Assembly (NCBI GenBank): GCA_963735805.1
Contig: CAVTMK010000002.1
Span: forward strand, 1,120,001-1,184,000
DNA length: 64,000 nucleotides
Origin: an uncultured Verrucomicrobiae bacterium
Lineage (GTDB): Bacteria; Verrucomicrobiota; Verrucomicrobiia; Chthoniobacterales; UBA10450
Reading direction: 5' to 3'
The translations under genes and the position numbers were made by a program. The notes under the pieces were generated by a model. The model worked only from the letters and a program-made list of their open reading frames with translations, did not search any database and was not told the DNA's origin. Positions 53,505 to 62,494 of the stretch are shown piece after piece (positions within the stretch are counted from its first letter, which is position 1; every line of letters begins with the position of its first letter).

Positions 53505-53651
53505 CTAGCGCAGCAAGACGACAAGCAACACAATTAGCACAATAACACCCAAGCCTCCGCTGGGGTAGTAGCCCCAGCCGGCGCTATATGGCCAGGCTGG
53601 TAACGCTGCGATTAATATCAGAATCAGGATGATGAAGAGAAGGATGCGCAT
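53505..53651 (-). CDS. DUF3309-family small membrane protein (48 aa, below the track cutoff)
   Basis: MRILLFIILILILIAALPAWPYSAGWGYYPSGGLGVIVLIVLLVVLLR. Confidence 0.88.
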   Translation of the reverse strand: MRILLFIILILILIAALPAWPYSAGWGYYPSGGLGVIVLIVLLVVLLR

Positions 53652-53698
53652 ATTGTCAGTCGATTCGCACGTGATGGGTGCCCCGCGTGTGAATTTCG

Positions 53699-53875
53699 CT
53701 AGTGCGGACTTGGCGAAGTGTTGATGTTTATTTCCGTTTTCTCCTTTTTCTCCGCAGGTGGATTTATCACGGTAGTATTACTCTCCTTCTTTTCTGCGGG
53801 CGGATTGATAGTTGTCTGTTTTTCGCACGCCACAAACAACGCAAGGGCAATGACTAAGTAGATGTATTTTACCAT
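53699..53875 (-). CDS. Small lipoprotein with duplicated INPPAEKKE motif
   Basis: Lipobox-like LFVAC; internal repeat. Confidence 0.75.
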   Translation of the reverse strand: MVKYIYLVIALALFVACEKQTTINPPAEKKESNTTVINPPAEKKEKTEININTSPSPH

Positions 53876-54012
53876 ACAGTTGAATCGCGTCTGGGACACA
53901 AGTTTGTTGTCTCGACGCAGGTTTTGATTCCGCGGTTATGACCTCAGTTATTTATGATCGCACCTCTGTGCGAGACAACTGATCAAACCTCCGCGTGCGA
54001 ATCCTTAGCACG

Positions 54013-54198
54013 ATGACCAAACTACAATTGAAAGGCAGCTGGAACGAAGTAAAAGGCAAACTCAAACAGAAATACGCGCAGTTGACTGATGACGACCTTA
54101 CGTTTGCGGAAGGAAAGGACGATGAGTTCCTGGGTCGGCTTCAACAAAAGCTCGGTAAAACGAAGGAAGACTTGCGAAGAGAAATCGAAGGCCTGTAA
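54013..54198 (+). CDS. CsbD/YjbJ general stress protein
   Basis: KGSWNEVKGKLKQKYAQLTDDDL...G.LQ...G. Confidence 0.93.
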   Translation: MTKLQLKGSWNEVKGKLKQKYAQLTDDDLTFAEGKDDEFLGRLQQKLGKTKEDLRREIEGL

Positions 54199-54292
54199 AA
54201 GCTGTGGCTCGACTGGAAACGGGGCTACTGGTAGGGCGCGACCTCCAGGCGCGCCGGGATTACAATTTTAGAAGTTGTGATATATTCCATCG

Positions 54293-54628
54293 ATGCAAAC
54301 GCCTGAAATTACCGCTTATTTGAAGACCTACTGTGGCTGGAGCGCCGGAGTCCGCGCCGTGCTGGCCAAATATAATCTTTCCTACACAGAGAAGGATATT
54401 ATCCAGAACCCCGCGTTCAGATGGGAAATGGAGACCAAGAGCGGCCAACCGCTCTCTCCCTGCGTGGAAATTAACGGCAAAATGCTTGCTGACGTCAGCG
54501 GGGAAGAAGTCGAAAGATATTTGATCGACAACAAAGTCGTCCAACCCAGCGACGCGGCTACGGACGTTCCAACCAATGCGCCGTGTCCGAACGAGCAGCA
54601 TGAGGGAGTTGTGAAGCTGAATTTGTGA
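54293..54628 (+). CDS. Monothiol glutaredoxin-like protein
   Basis: CGWS active site; SGQPLSPCVEING. Confidence 0.82.
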   Translation: MQTPEITAYLKTYCGWSAGVRAVLAKYNLSYTEKDIIQNPAFRWEMETKSGQPLSPCVEINGKMLADVSGEEVERYLIDNKVVQPSDAATDVPTNAPCPNEQHEGVVKLNL

Positions 54629-54629
54629 T

Positions 54630-54748
54630 TTGTTAAAGGGTTACAACGTTAAAAGGGGTCAAATCGTTGAACCGCTGAAAGGTTAAGGAGTCAGAAAGGT
54701 TAAACCGCTTTTAACCTTGTAACTCATTTAACTTTTTTAACCTTTCAG
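54630..54748. repeat. AT-rich GGTTAA/TTAACC degenerate array with inverted symmetry
   Basis: Repeated ggttaa/gttaa units followed by ttaacc units; ctgaaaggttaa pairs with ttaacctttcag. Confidence 0.65.
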
Positions 54749-54750
54749 TA

Positions 54751-56921
54751 ATGCAATTCTTTGCTCGTCTCCGATCGAGAAAAAAGAAGGGCGGTAGCCG
54801 TCTTTTTCGTTACGGCTGGAAAGTCACGCTGCTTCTTCTGTTAGCAGGTGCTGGTTTTGCCGTTTTTCTTTTTTACGGGACGTGGGCGCAAACGTTCGAC
54901 ATGAAGAATGTCGGTGAAATGCCGGAGCGAAATACTGTCTACGATGTCGATGGAAAAATTTATAGTCGCCTGGCCGGCGCAAATCGCCTGAAGGTCTCCC
55001 TCAGCGAAGTATCGCCGTTGTTTGTTACAGCGGTGTTGGCGCGCGAGGACAGCCGGTTTTACGAGCATCAGGGAATTGATTGGCGGGGAATCATGCGCGC
55101 GCTCGTCCGCGACATCCTGAGTGGTTCGCCGAAAGAAGGCGCGAGCAGCATTACCCAACAGCTTGCCAGAAACAGCCTTCCACTCGGGGGCCGGACTCTC
55201 AGTCGGAAATTGCTGGAAGCAATGGTGGCGCTGCGAATCGAGCGCCAGTTTACCAAGCAACAGATTCTGGAGCTTTACGTAAACAGGATTTATTTCGGCA
55301 ACGGTTGCTATGGAGTCGAGACAGCATCGCAGGCTTATTTCGGCAAGAGCGCCGCAAAGCTGAATCTCCCCGAAGCAGCGCTACTGGCAGGATTGATCAG
55401 GGGCCCAAACCGGTTTTCGCCGCTGAAAAACCCGGAAGGCTCGAAGATTCAACGCGATGCCGTTCTGGATCGGATGGTCGCATTGAAAAAACTTTCCCCT
55501 GCGGATGCCGAAGCCGCCAAGCGGGCGAAGGTCGTGACGAGTCCCAGGCGAATGCCCTTCGTGCAGGAGAATTACGCGATGGACGCTGTGCAGCGCGATT
55601 TGAATCTGCTGTTAACGCAGGACCAGATCGATGACGGCGGTCTCTTGATTTACACCACGCTCGATCCAGCCGTGCAAAACGCCGCGCAGGACGCGCTTGA
55701 GACGCAGCTCGCCAAAATCGAGCATCAATCCAATTTTCATCACCCCGTAAAAGCGAATTATCATCCGCCCGAAAATGGAGAAGGGGATTCGGCCATGCCT
55801 TACTTGGAGGGTGCGGTGGTTGTAATTGATAATGCCAGCGGTGGAATTCGCGCGCTCGTCGGCGGGCGCGATTACTCGCAAAGCAAATTTAACCGCGCTC
55901 TCACGCCGGCAAACCGGCAAGTTGGTTCTGCATTTAAGCCATTTGTTTACACGATCGCTTTCAGTCACGGGCTATTGCCGGGCGCTGCCATCAGTGACGG
56001 TCCAATTCAGCCTGGTGAAATCGACGGCGCTGGAAATTGGTCACCTGGAAATTCCGATGGAACGTACGGCGGAATTCGTCCTTGCTCCTATGGCCTGATC
56101 CATTCGCGCAACACCATGAGCGTGCGCGTTGGACAATTCGCCGGGCTGGATGCTGTTCAAAAAGTCGCCAACACGCTCGGCATTTCGCAAAATGTTCCGC
56201 ACGGTCCGGCCACTTACATCGGTTCCTTCGAGACTGACCTGAAAGATTTAACTGCTGCGTACTCTGTTTTTCCCAATGCTGGAGTGCGCAAGCAGTCTTA
56301 CATCATCGAGCGAATTGACGATGCCAATCACAAACCAATTTATCGCGCCGCGCATATCACCGTGCCGGCGCTCGATCCAGGCGCGGCCTGGATGACTTCG
56401 CAACTAATGGAAGAGGTTTTGACTCGCGGGACTGCTGCCAACTCCCGCTCTCTGGGATTTAGATTGCCGGCGGCTGGTAAAACCGGTACGACGAACGATT
56501 ACAAGGACGCGTGGTTCCTGGGTACACCAGTACGTTGACGTGCGGTGTATGGGTCGGATTCGATCAGCCGACGACGATTATTTCACACGGCTACGGCGCC
56601 GCCTTGGCGCTCCCGGTCTGGACACATGTAATGAACAAGGCTGCACAACATTATCCCGCCGAACCGTTGCAACCGACCATGCCGATGCAACATGCCACCG
56701 TGTGCTCGATTTCAAATCAGCTGGCCACGACGGGATGCATGTCTGCTGGGACTGCGTACGATATCGACTTGCCCGTCGACAAGGTTCCAGCCACTGCGTG
56801 TCAGGTGCACGGCGGTCAGCAGTGGCCATTTGCTCAACAGTTCCAGGGCCTGCCACAAAAAGCGGCAACTTTTCCCGGCAAGGTGTTCAAGTCTTTCCGG
56901 AGATTTTTCGGCGGACGATAA
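54751..56921 (+). CDS. Class A penicillin-binding protein (PBP1A-like), frameshifted at about 56521
   Basis: EDSRF, GASSITQQL, GSAFKP, SRN and KTGT. DAWFLG continues as YTSTLTCGVWVGFD in the other frame. Confidence 0.9.
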
Positions 56922-56960
56922 ACTGCCGGTCACTAACGTGCGCGAGATGTTTCGATTCGC

Positions 56961-57160
56961 CTAGGCCGTATAGTTTTTATTTACCTTCTCCCAATCTTCC
57001 CAGGTATCGATACCGATCGCGCTTCCGGAAACGCGAATTACGCGACGTGCTCGGGGTCTTGCAGAATAGTCGACTTAGCGCCGGCTTCGTCGCCAAGTAA
57101 AAGCAATTCCTTGACCAATGAGCGATCGAAAAGAGCAGGAACACCGACCGTGTTTACGTA
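56961..57160 (-). pseudogene. C-terminal remnant of a MocA/MobA-like nucleotidyltransferase
   Basis: Manual translation YVNTVGVPALFDRSLVKELLLLGDEAGAKSTIL..., then an in-frame TAA, a frameshift and IDTWEDWEK. Confidence 0.7.
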
Positions 57161-57267
57161 GCCGTACGTGTTCTCGCCGTAGGGGTGAGGTGTCTCGCGC
57201 TGATTATCTGCGAACTGCGCAAAGGGCCAGAAGGATACGAGGACGAATTTGGCTTCCCCGCCGTGTT

Positions 57268-57294
57268 CCCGTTCGTTCCACCGCCTCGTTAGGT
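57268..57294 (-). mobile_element. 5' half of an attC site (R''-L'')
   Basis: ACCTAAC GAGGC GGTGGAAC GAACGGG just after the stop of 57299-57610; no matching 3' half seen. Confidence 0.65.
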
Positions 57295-57298
57295 CGGC

Positions 57299-57610
57299 TC
57301 ACTTTAATTGTCGCGCGCGCATCACCAGCCAAATCTTCCGCGCGATGAACAGCGCGACCTGGCTCAAAAGGGCAGCTCCAAATCCAGACAGGCGATATAC
57401 GCCGAGCCACAGCGCAACGCCGATGATCGCGAAGAACAAGTCTGCATACATCCAGTATCCCGCAAGCATAACTACAGGAACGAAGATAAACCGAACACCG
57501 GACACATACTGCTGAACCTGTGAAGGCTCACCGTAGATGTAGCCCAGTATCGGAACAGCAAAAATCAGGTGAATCCAGCGAAGAATCGAACGTTTCATGG
57601 CGTTATTCAT
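57299..57610 (-). CDS. Small membrane protein in a gene cassette
   Basis: About four hydrophobic segments (RWIHLIFAVPILGYIY...); flanked by attC elements. Confidence 0.75.
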   Translation of the reverse strand: MNNAMKRSILRWIHLIFAVPILGYIYGEPSQVQQYVSGVRFIFVPVVMLAGYWMYADLFFAIIGVALWLGVYRLSGFGAALLSQVALFIARKIWLVMRARQLK

Positions 57611-57645
57611 GATTCAGTTTGTGGAAATCTGGAAATGCTCATGAG

Positions 57646-57769
57646 ACCTAACGAAACAGAGGTGAGCCACCGCCGGCGACGACGGGCGTTGCGACTATCC
57701 AGAACTGTTTCATAAAATCAAATGTGCTCATCGCGACGGCCAGCGGTTGGTTCTAGCGATTCGTTAGGT
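57646..57769 (-). mobile_element. Integron attC recombination site (124 bp)
   Basis: R'' ACCTAAC, L'' GCTAGAAC, arms ACCGCTGGC/GCCGGCGGT, L' GCTCACC and R' GTTAGGT. Confidence 0.82.
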
Positions 57770-58161
57770 CTGACCAGATGGAAAAGTGCACTTGCCGCCT
57801 CGCGAGAAAAAACTTTAAAATTAATCCGCGTCGTAACGCTATTAGCGGTTATCGCGAGCAAGTACCGAAAGCCATAGAGGCCGGTCTGGTAAATTATGTT
57901 CGTGCGCGTGATGTCGGCGAGGCTGATCCGACGTTCGCCAATAAACAGACTGGAGTATACCAAACCGTCGGGATTGATTGTCAGTCTGAACCGCGGGAGC
58001 CAGAAGTGAATGAAGAGCAGTGCAATGATTCCGGTAGCAGCCAGAGCAGCGGCATCTCGGTCGCCGCGCAGTGCCATCGGCAGTGTGATAGCAAAGATGA
58101 GACCGACGCAAATCGTGAGAACGATGTAGCTGCTCCAGCATGCGCGATATGAGCGTGCCAT
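57718..58161 (-). CDS. Cassette-borne 2-TM protein with PH-like soluble domain
   Basis: Core site GTTAGGC lies 2 nt before the ATG; the ORF reads into attC (PNESLEPTAGRR). Confidence 0.75.
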   Translation of the reverse strand: MARSYRACWSSYIVLTICVGLIFAITLPMALRGDRDAAALAATGIIALLFIHFWLPRFRLTINPDGLVYSSLFIGERRISLADITRTNIIYQTGLYGFRYLLAITANSVTTRINFKVFSREAASALFHLVRPNESLEPTAGRRDEHI

Positions 58162-58163
58162 AG

Positions 58164-58170
58164 GCCTAAC
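58164..58170 (-). mobile_element. Integron core recombination site GTTRRRY
   Basis: AATTCTC-GTTAGGC-CT-ATG. Confidence 0.65.
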
Positions 58171-58299
58171 GAGAATTAGATTGCAAGTTGCAATCTATTC
58201 CCGGTCCTCCCATGGAGAAGCGCGCAAAAAGCAGCATGCCGCAAATGTGCCAAATTGTTCCGCATTTTGAAAGCGCAATGATTCGTGCGTGATTCAAAC

Positions 58300-58654
58300 T
58301 CAGCGAGGTATTGCCGCTTGGATTCCGGCAAGAAATTCTTCAGTGGCTTCGCTCTTGAGAAAAAACCGACGCTCCGGCCGCCAACGCTTGTGAACGCACT
58401 GCTGGATCGTCTTTTCCCGCGAGAAAAATGACTCGCGTCGCAGGCGAAAGCCTGCAAAGCCGCCTTTGCATCTCTAAACCGTTGATGCGCGGCATCGACA
58501 CATCAATTACTGCACCCAGAGGCGAATAAGCCTGCGCATGACGAAGAAATGCTAGGGGATCGCTAAAACGATTAGCCTGTCACCCGCAGGAGGAGAGAAG
58601 CCTTCTCGTCGCCTTCAACACCGAGAGATCATCATCGAGCGCAAACTGCCGCAT
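58300..58654 (-). pseudogene. Degraded single-domain response regulator (receiver)
   Basis: ALDDDLSVLKATRRLLSSCG*...AVIDVSMPRINGLE...VIFLAG...AAGAS, then a frameshift to LK...EEFLAGI. Confidence 0.8.
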
Positions 58655-58816
58655 TGTCTTTATCAGCCGGGGTAACGTTGTTAATCAAAGAATCGCGTGA
58701 TCGAGTAGAGTTTTACATGGCCCGCGCCAATATATCGACCTGACATAGCCCCACATGCGGCATATCGTGCCTGAGAACGCTGTTCAAAGTAATTTGCGCC
58801 TGGTATTACTGGTTAC

Positions 58817-59206
58817 ATGAAGAGCAAATCCGAAGGAAACTTCAGGCGCGTGTTGTGCGTTTGCTCAGCTGGCATATTGCGCAGTGCCACCATTGCCTGG
58901 GTGTTGAGTAACGAGCCTTACCGTTGCAACACTCGGGCGGTAGGCTTGGGCGATTACGCATTGATACGCGTGACCCCCCAACTGCTCAAATGGGCAGACG
59001 AAATCGTTTGCGCCGACAAGGAGCAGCACGACGCGATCACTCGCATGACGGATAAGCCTGTGCACTGTCTCCACATTCCGGACCAATACGATTTTCGTTC
59101 CCCTGAGCTTGTGTCAGCGATAGAGACAGCACTCAAACTCTGCGACGTGTTTTCCAGCGTCCAACCGAGATTAAAAGCTGATGATGCTGTGAGAACGCCG
59201 GCATGA
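58817..59206 (+). CDS. Low-molecular-weight protein tyrosine phosphatase-like protein
   Basis: N-terminal VLCVCSAGILRS (CX5R), WADEIV and LHIPD.Y. Confidence 0.82.
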   Translation: MKSKSEGNFRRVLCVCSAGILRSATIAWVLSNEPYRCNTRAVGLGDYALIRVTPQLLKWADEIVCADKEQHDAITRMTDKPVHCLHIPDQYDFRSPELVSAIETALKLCDVFSSVQPRLKADDAVRTPA

Positions 59207-59387
59207 TATTCAAGCCTGCATTCTTCGATGCGGCTTTGTAATCGATCTGGGGGGACTCAATGCAAGACCGGAGGTCATCCCGTCAGCGCAGACGTGAGTC
59301 CGACTATCGCACTCGGCGAAAATTAGTGGATTGAGGGGACGTGTTATGACTGAGGGAAGGATTCTGAGGCGTTCTACTGTGAAAAAC

Positions 59388-59414
59388 AGCGGGTGAAGGG
59401 AATCGAACCCTCGT
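59388..59414 (-). mobile_element. 3' fragment of tRNA-Gly; probable att site of an integrative element
   Basis: Reverse complement ACGAGGGTTCGATTCCCTTCACCCGCT is a T-arm plus the acceptor 3' strand; no D or anticodon arm. Confidence 0.8.
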
Positions 59415-59531
59415 TTCGATTGTGATCATCGGGTCGCTTCATAGGTAAAACAGGGCGTGAATGGGTTGCGGACGCACGTAGTCAGAACATAAGGTCAGAA
59501 CCAGTCCGTCGATTTCCGGCTAGATTCAACC

Positions 59532-60077
59532 TTGTTGTTTAATGTCCTACTGATAAGGAAATGTGGGGATGAAAGCGGAATCGAAGCCCCCGGGGGGCGG
59601 ATCAATCCCAAGGCAGTAAACGATCGGCAAGCGGCCGAACGCGTCCTGAGAACTCGCCCCAAAACTTACCGGGCTGTAGTGCAGCTACTGGCCGACCCTC
59701 ACGATAGTGTGAATCATATCGCCAAAGTTCACCGCGTGTCGACTCACACCGTGCGGGCCATTCGAGCGAGAGAAGCCAAAACGATAGCCGAACGTAAACA
59801 AAGGCTGATCTCCATCTTTGGCAATGTGGCGGAAATGTCTGCCGAACGGATGGAAGAACTTTGTGGGAAAGCTAACCTGCGCGATGCTGGGATAAGCGCA
59901 GGGATTGCCACGGATAAAATATTGGCTCTGACCGGCCAAATGCCAGCCTTAAACATTGCCAATATCTGGGTGCCGTCGGAGGAGGAGCGTGAGGAAATGC
60001 GTGAGACCGACCGTAAACTGGACGACATCACGGCTCGGCTTAGGGCTATGGACGAAGCTCGTTCTAGTGCCTCGTAA
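59532..60077 (+). CDS. HTH-containing hypothetical protein, possibly phage terminase small subunit-like
   Basis: SVNHIAKVHRVSTHTVRAI HTH and AGIATDKILALTG; first gene after the att site. Confidence 0.55.
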   Translation: MLFNVLLIRKCGDESGIEAPGGRINPKAVNDRQAAERVLRTRPKTYRAVVQLLADPHDSVNHIAKVHRVSTHTVRAIRAREAKTIAERKQRLISIFGNVAEMSAERMEELCGKANLRDAGISAGIATDKILALTGQMPALNIANIWVPSEEEREEMRETDRKLDDITARLRAMDEARSSAS

Positions 60078-60193
60078 ACGCACGAGGCTAACTTGCTAAC
60101 GACGCCTGGTGATCGTCACGCGACAATCCACGCGCATGAACGGGACAAACTTTAGTTCAACGCGCTAAGCCCGCATGTGGTCAAAACAGGCCG

Positions 60194-60460
60194 ATGTCTG
60201 AGAGTGTCGCCGTTTCTTTTGTAGCGCTTTTGCTCCTGTCATTTGTGTTCGTCACGTGTTCATATCTCGACCTTCTCAGGCGAAAGGTGTCACGGGCGTT
60301 GTTTGAGGTGTTTGGCTTGTTCTATGTCGCCCTGGTTCTCTCTATCCTCGTGTTTCAAGTCTACAGGCCAGCGCCCGTACCAGTACCAAACAAGGAGTCG
60401 TTGTTTTACGGGCCGACGGATTGGACACCAAAAGGAAATCCGCGCGCTGGGATTGGCTAG
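60194..60460 (+). CDS. Small 2-TM hypothetical protein
   Basis: Two hydrophobic segments. Confidence 0.5.
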   Translation: MSESVAVSFVALLLLSFVFVTCSYLDLLRRKVSRALFEVFGLFYVALVLSILVFQVYRPAPVPVPNKESLFYGPTDWTPKGNPRAGIG

Positions 60461-60516
60461 ATCGTTCAGGAAGCTGCGTTCATCGAGAACGGTTGCTCGC
60501 GTTCACTCTATCAGGG

Positions 60517-60543
60517 GCCGTTGGCTCCAGCGATTGGTTAGGT
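60517..60543 (-). mobile_element. 5' half of an attC site (R''-L'')
   Basis: ACCTAAC CAATC GCTGGAGC CAACGGC directly after the TAG of 60544-61038. Confidence 0.72.
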
Positions 60544-61038
60544 CTATTCGGTTGGTTCATACTTCAATGGTTCTGCGCCGACCGGAGCTTCAATCTTGTC
60601 GTGGGTGATCCTACCGGGCATCTCATGCTTGACCTCTTTGTCCAATATGATGTGGCGTCGCGCTACATCCCAGCCCGTAACCTCCCACTTCACCTCGTAT
60701 TTGTGCAAGCCCGGCGTGTGATACAGCAGCGTCGGCGCTACGTTAGCAGCCGCAACACCGAAGACGTAAACATCGGAGATGTGACCGTCCGGATGGTCGA
60801 TGACAGCAAGGAACTGTGAGTCCGGGGACCACTTCGCATCGATCCATCGCTCGTTCTGTCGCAGAAGCACGCCCGTATCGCGAGAGTTCGCGCGACGCAG
60901 ATAGAGTTTCATCCCCGTACCGTCCTCGTTCGCTGCGGTCGTATAAGCTTCGAACTCGCCGTTTGGCGAGACGAACTGATGGTTGACCGCGAGCGCCTCG
61001 GCTATGAACAGAAGCGGAATTGCGAGTAGAGCGCGCAT
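60544..61038 (-). CDS. Cassette-borne secreted protein (WD40/TolB-like blade fragments)
   Basis: Signal peptide, SPNG and WSPDSQFLAV; core GTTAGGT 2 nt before the ATG. Confidence 0.75.
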   Translation of the reverse strand: MRALLAIPLLFIAEALAVNHQFVSPNGEFEAYTTAANEDGTGMKLYLRRANSRDTGVLLRQNERWIDAKWSPDSQFLAVIDHPDGHISDVYVFGVAAANVAPTLLYHTPGLHKYEVKWEVTGWDVARRHIILDKEVKHEMPGRITHDKIEAPVGAEPLKYEPTE

Positions 61039-61040
61039 AG

Positions 61041-61047
61041 ACCTAAC
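61041..61047 (-). mobile_element. Integron core recombination site GTTRRRY
   Basis: AATTCTC-GTTAGGT-CT-ATG, same context as 58164-58170. Confidence 0.65.
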
Positions 61048-61087
61048 GAGAATTGGCTCGCTTGGGAACGGTTCGACAAAAGCGGAA

Positions 61088-62494
61088 TCATGGCTGGGTC
61101 GGGCGAGGAAACGGCGTCGAGTGACGTTGTGGCGGAGTCGGCGGGGGTGGACCTTGGGGATCAGTCGCCGAAGCTCGTTCCAGTGACACCGCCGTTAAAG
61201 GCCGTGGCGTTGGACGTGGTAGCGGAGTAGGACGAGGCCGCGGCGTCGGTTCACATCGTCCTGTGCATGGTGTCGGTGTCGGAATTGGTGCCCGATAAAC
61301 ATCGAAGCCGTGGTTCCCGACAAAGGTGCCGTAATCGAGCACAAAATAACCGTCAGCGAATGCCCCAGGGCTGTCGTAGGGCGAATTCATACTTCCCCGC
61401 GAACCGTTGAAAGCTCGCAACAATTGCAGCGTGCCAAGATCGTAAGCGAATGTCTGGCTCTCGCCAATGATCCAGAGAACGTTGTTCGTCAATGCCGGCG
61501 TCACCTCATTTGTAAACGAGGCGGGGAAGGAGCGAAGCGTTGCCCCGGTGGCGGGATCCAACTCCGAGATCGTTGTGTCCCCGGCAACATAAACCTTGCC
61601 GGTGGGGCCGATCGCCACCGAGCCAAAACCGGCAAGGTGGCTGCGTTGCCACAACAACGCGATGTGGGCGTTGTCGATATAGTGGTAGGCCGACAGGATT
61701 GGGAGTGGGCCGTCATAATCTTCGAGCACATAGAAATGCTCTCGCGCAGCGTCGTGAGCCACGGTTGTGCCTCCGCCGCCTTCAATTCCACCTGACCAGA
61801 AGTTGTTCGATGCGCCAGTCGCCTGGTCGAAAGCGTAATATTGACCCGGCCCAGCGAGCACAATCGACCTGCCGACAACAGTCGGGATCGACTGCCCGCC
61901 GAACTTGCCACGTTGTGTCCAAAGCACCGATCCGCCTAACAATCCGAGCGCGACAGCGCTCACACGTGAGGAATCGGCCACAAACGCAGTAACACTTCCG
62001 TTGATTGGATCTTGGACAACGGTGGGCATCAACGAAACCACGTCTTCTGGAATCGGCACCGTGTAGCGAAGCGTGCCTGTTGCTGCGTCCAGCACGAAAA
62101 GCGAAGAACTGGAGTCAGTTGGCCCGACAAATGTAACAAACCCGCCACCAACGCCCGGCTGCGACGGGAATATAAAGTTGCCGGTGTAACTCCAGTTAAT
62201 TGCACCAGTCGCAAGATCGAACGAACTAACGGTTGTCTCCAATTCACCGAAACCTTGTTGGTTTTGCATTGCGTAGATATGATTTCCCACAATCACCGGC
62301 GTGGAATATCCAGTCGGCAGCGAGGGCGCTGTCCACACCAGAGAAAGCGCCTGCACATCAACGACCGCACTTGAATTGCCGGTGTGCGAGGCGTCGTGCT
62401 GATAGTAGGGCCAATCGGCCGCCACGACCGATCGCGCGAACAAGATTGCTCCAACAGTGACGGCGATTAGGTGAATCCGAAGCAGCCACTGCAT
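61088..62494 (-). CDS. Secreted PQQ-like beta-propeller protein with Pro/Thr/Arg-rich C-terminal tail
   Basis: DWPYYQHDASHTG, repeated D.ATG...W blades, and PTPTPCTGRCEPTPRPRPTP. Confidence 0.8.
   Translation of the reverse strand: MQWLLRIHLIAVTVGAILFARSVVAADWPYYQHDASHTGNSSAVVDVQALSLVWTAPSLPTGYSTPVIVGNHIYAMQNQQGFGELETTVSSFDLATGAINWSYTGNFIFPSQPGVGGGFVTFVGPTDSSSSLFVLDAATGTLRYTVPIPEDVVSLMPTVVQDPINGSVTAFVADSSRVSAVALGLLGGSVLWTQRGKFGGQSIPTVVGRSIVLAGPGQYYAFDQATGASNNFWSGGIEGGGGTTVAHDAAREHFYVLEDYDGPLPILSAYHYIDNAHIALLWQRSHLAGFGSVAIGPTGKVYVAGDTTISELDPATGATLRSFPASFTNEVTPALTNNVLWIIGESQTFAYDLGTLQLLRAFNGSRGSMNSPYDSPGAFADGYFVLDYGTFVGNHGFDVYRAPIPTPTPCTGRCEPTPRPRPTPLPRPTPRPLTAVSLERASATDPQGPPPPTPPQRHSTPFPRPTQP

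Noticed and set aside
58580..58582. In-frame TGA in the receiver domain as a second selenocysteine
   Set aside because: Not a Cys/redox position (probably Trp), no clear hairpin follows, and the gene also has a frameshift; pseudogene.
59388..59414. Complete tRNA gene
   Set aside because: Only the T-arm and acceptor 3' strand are present.
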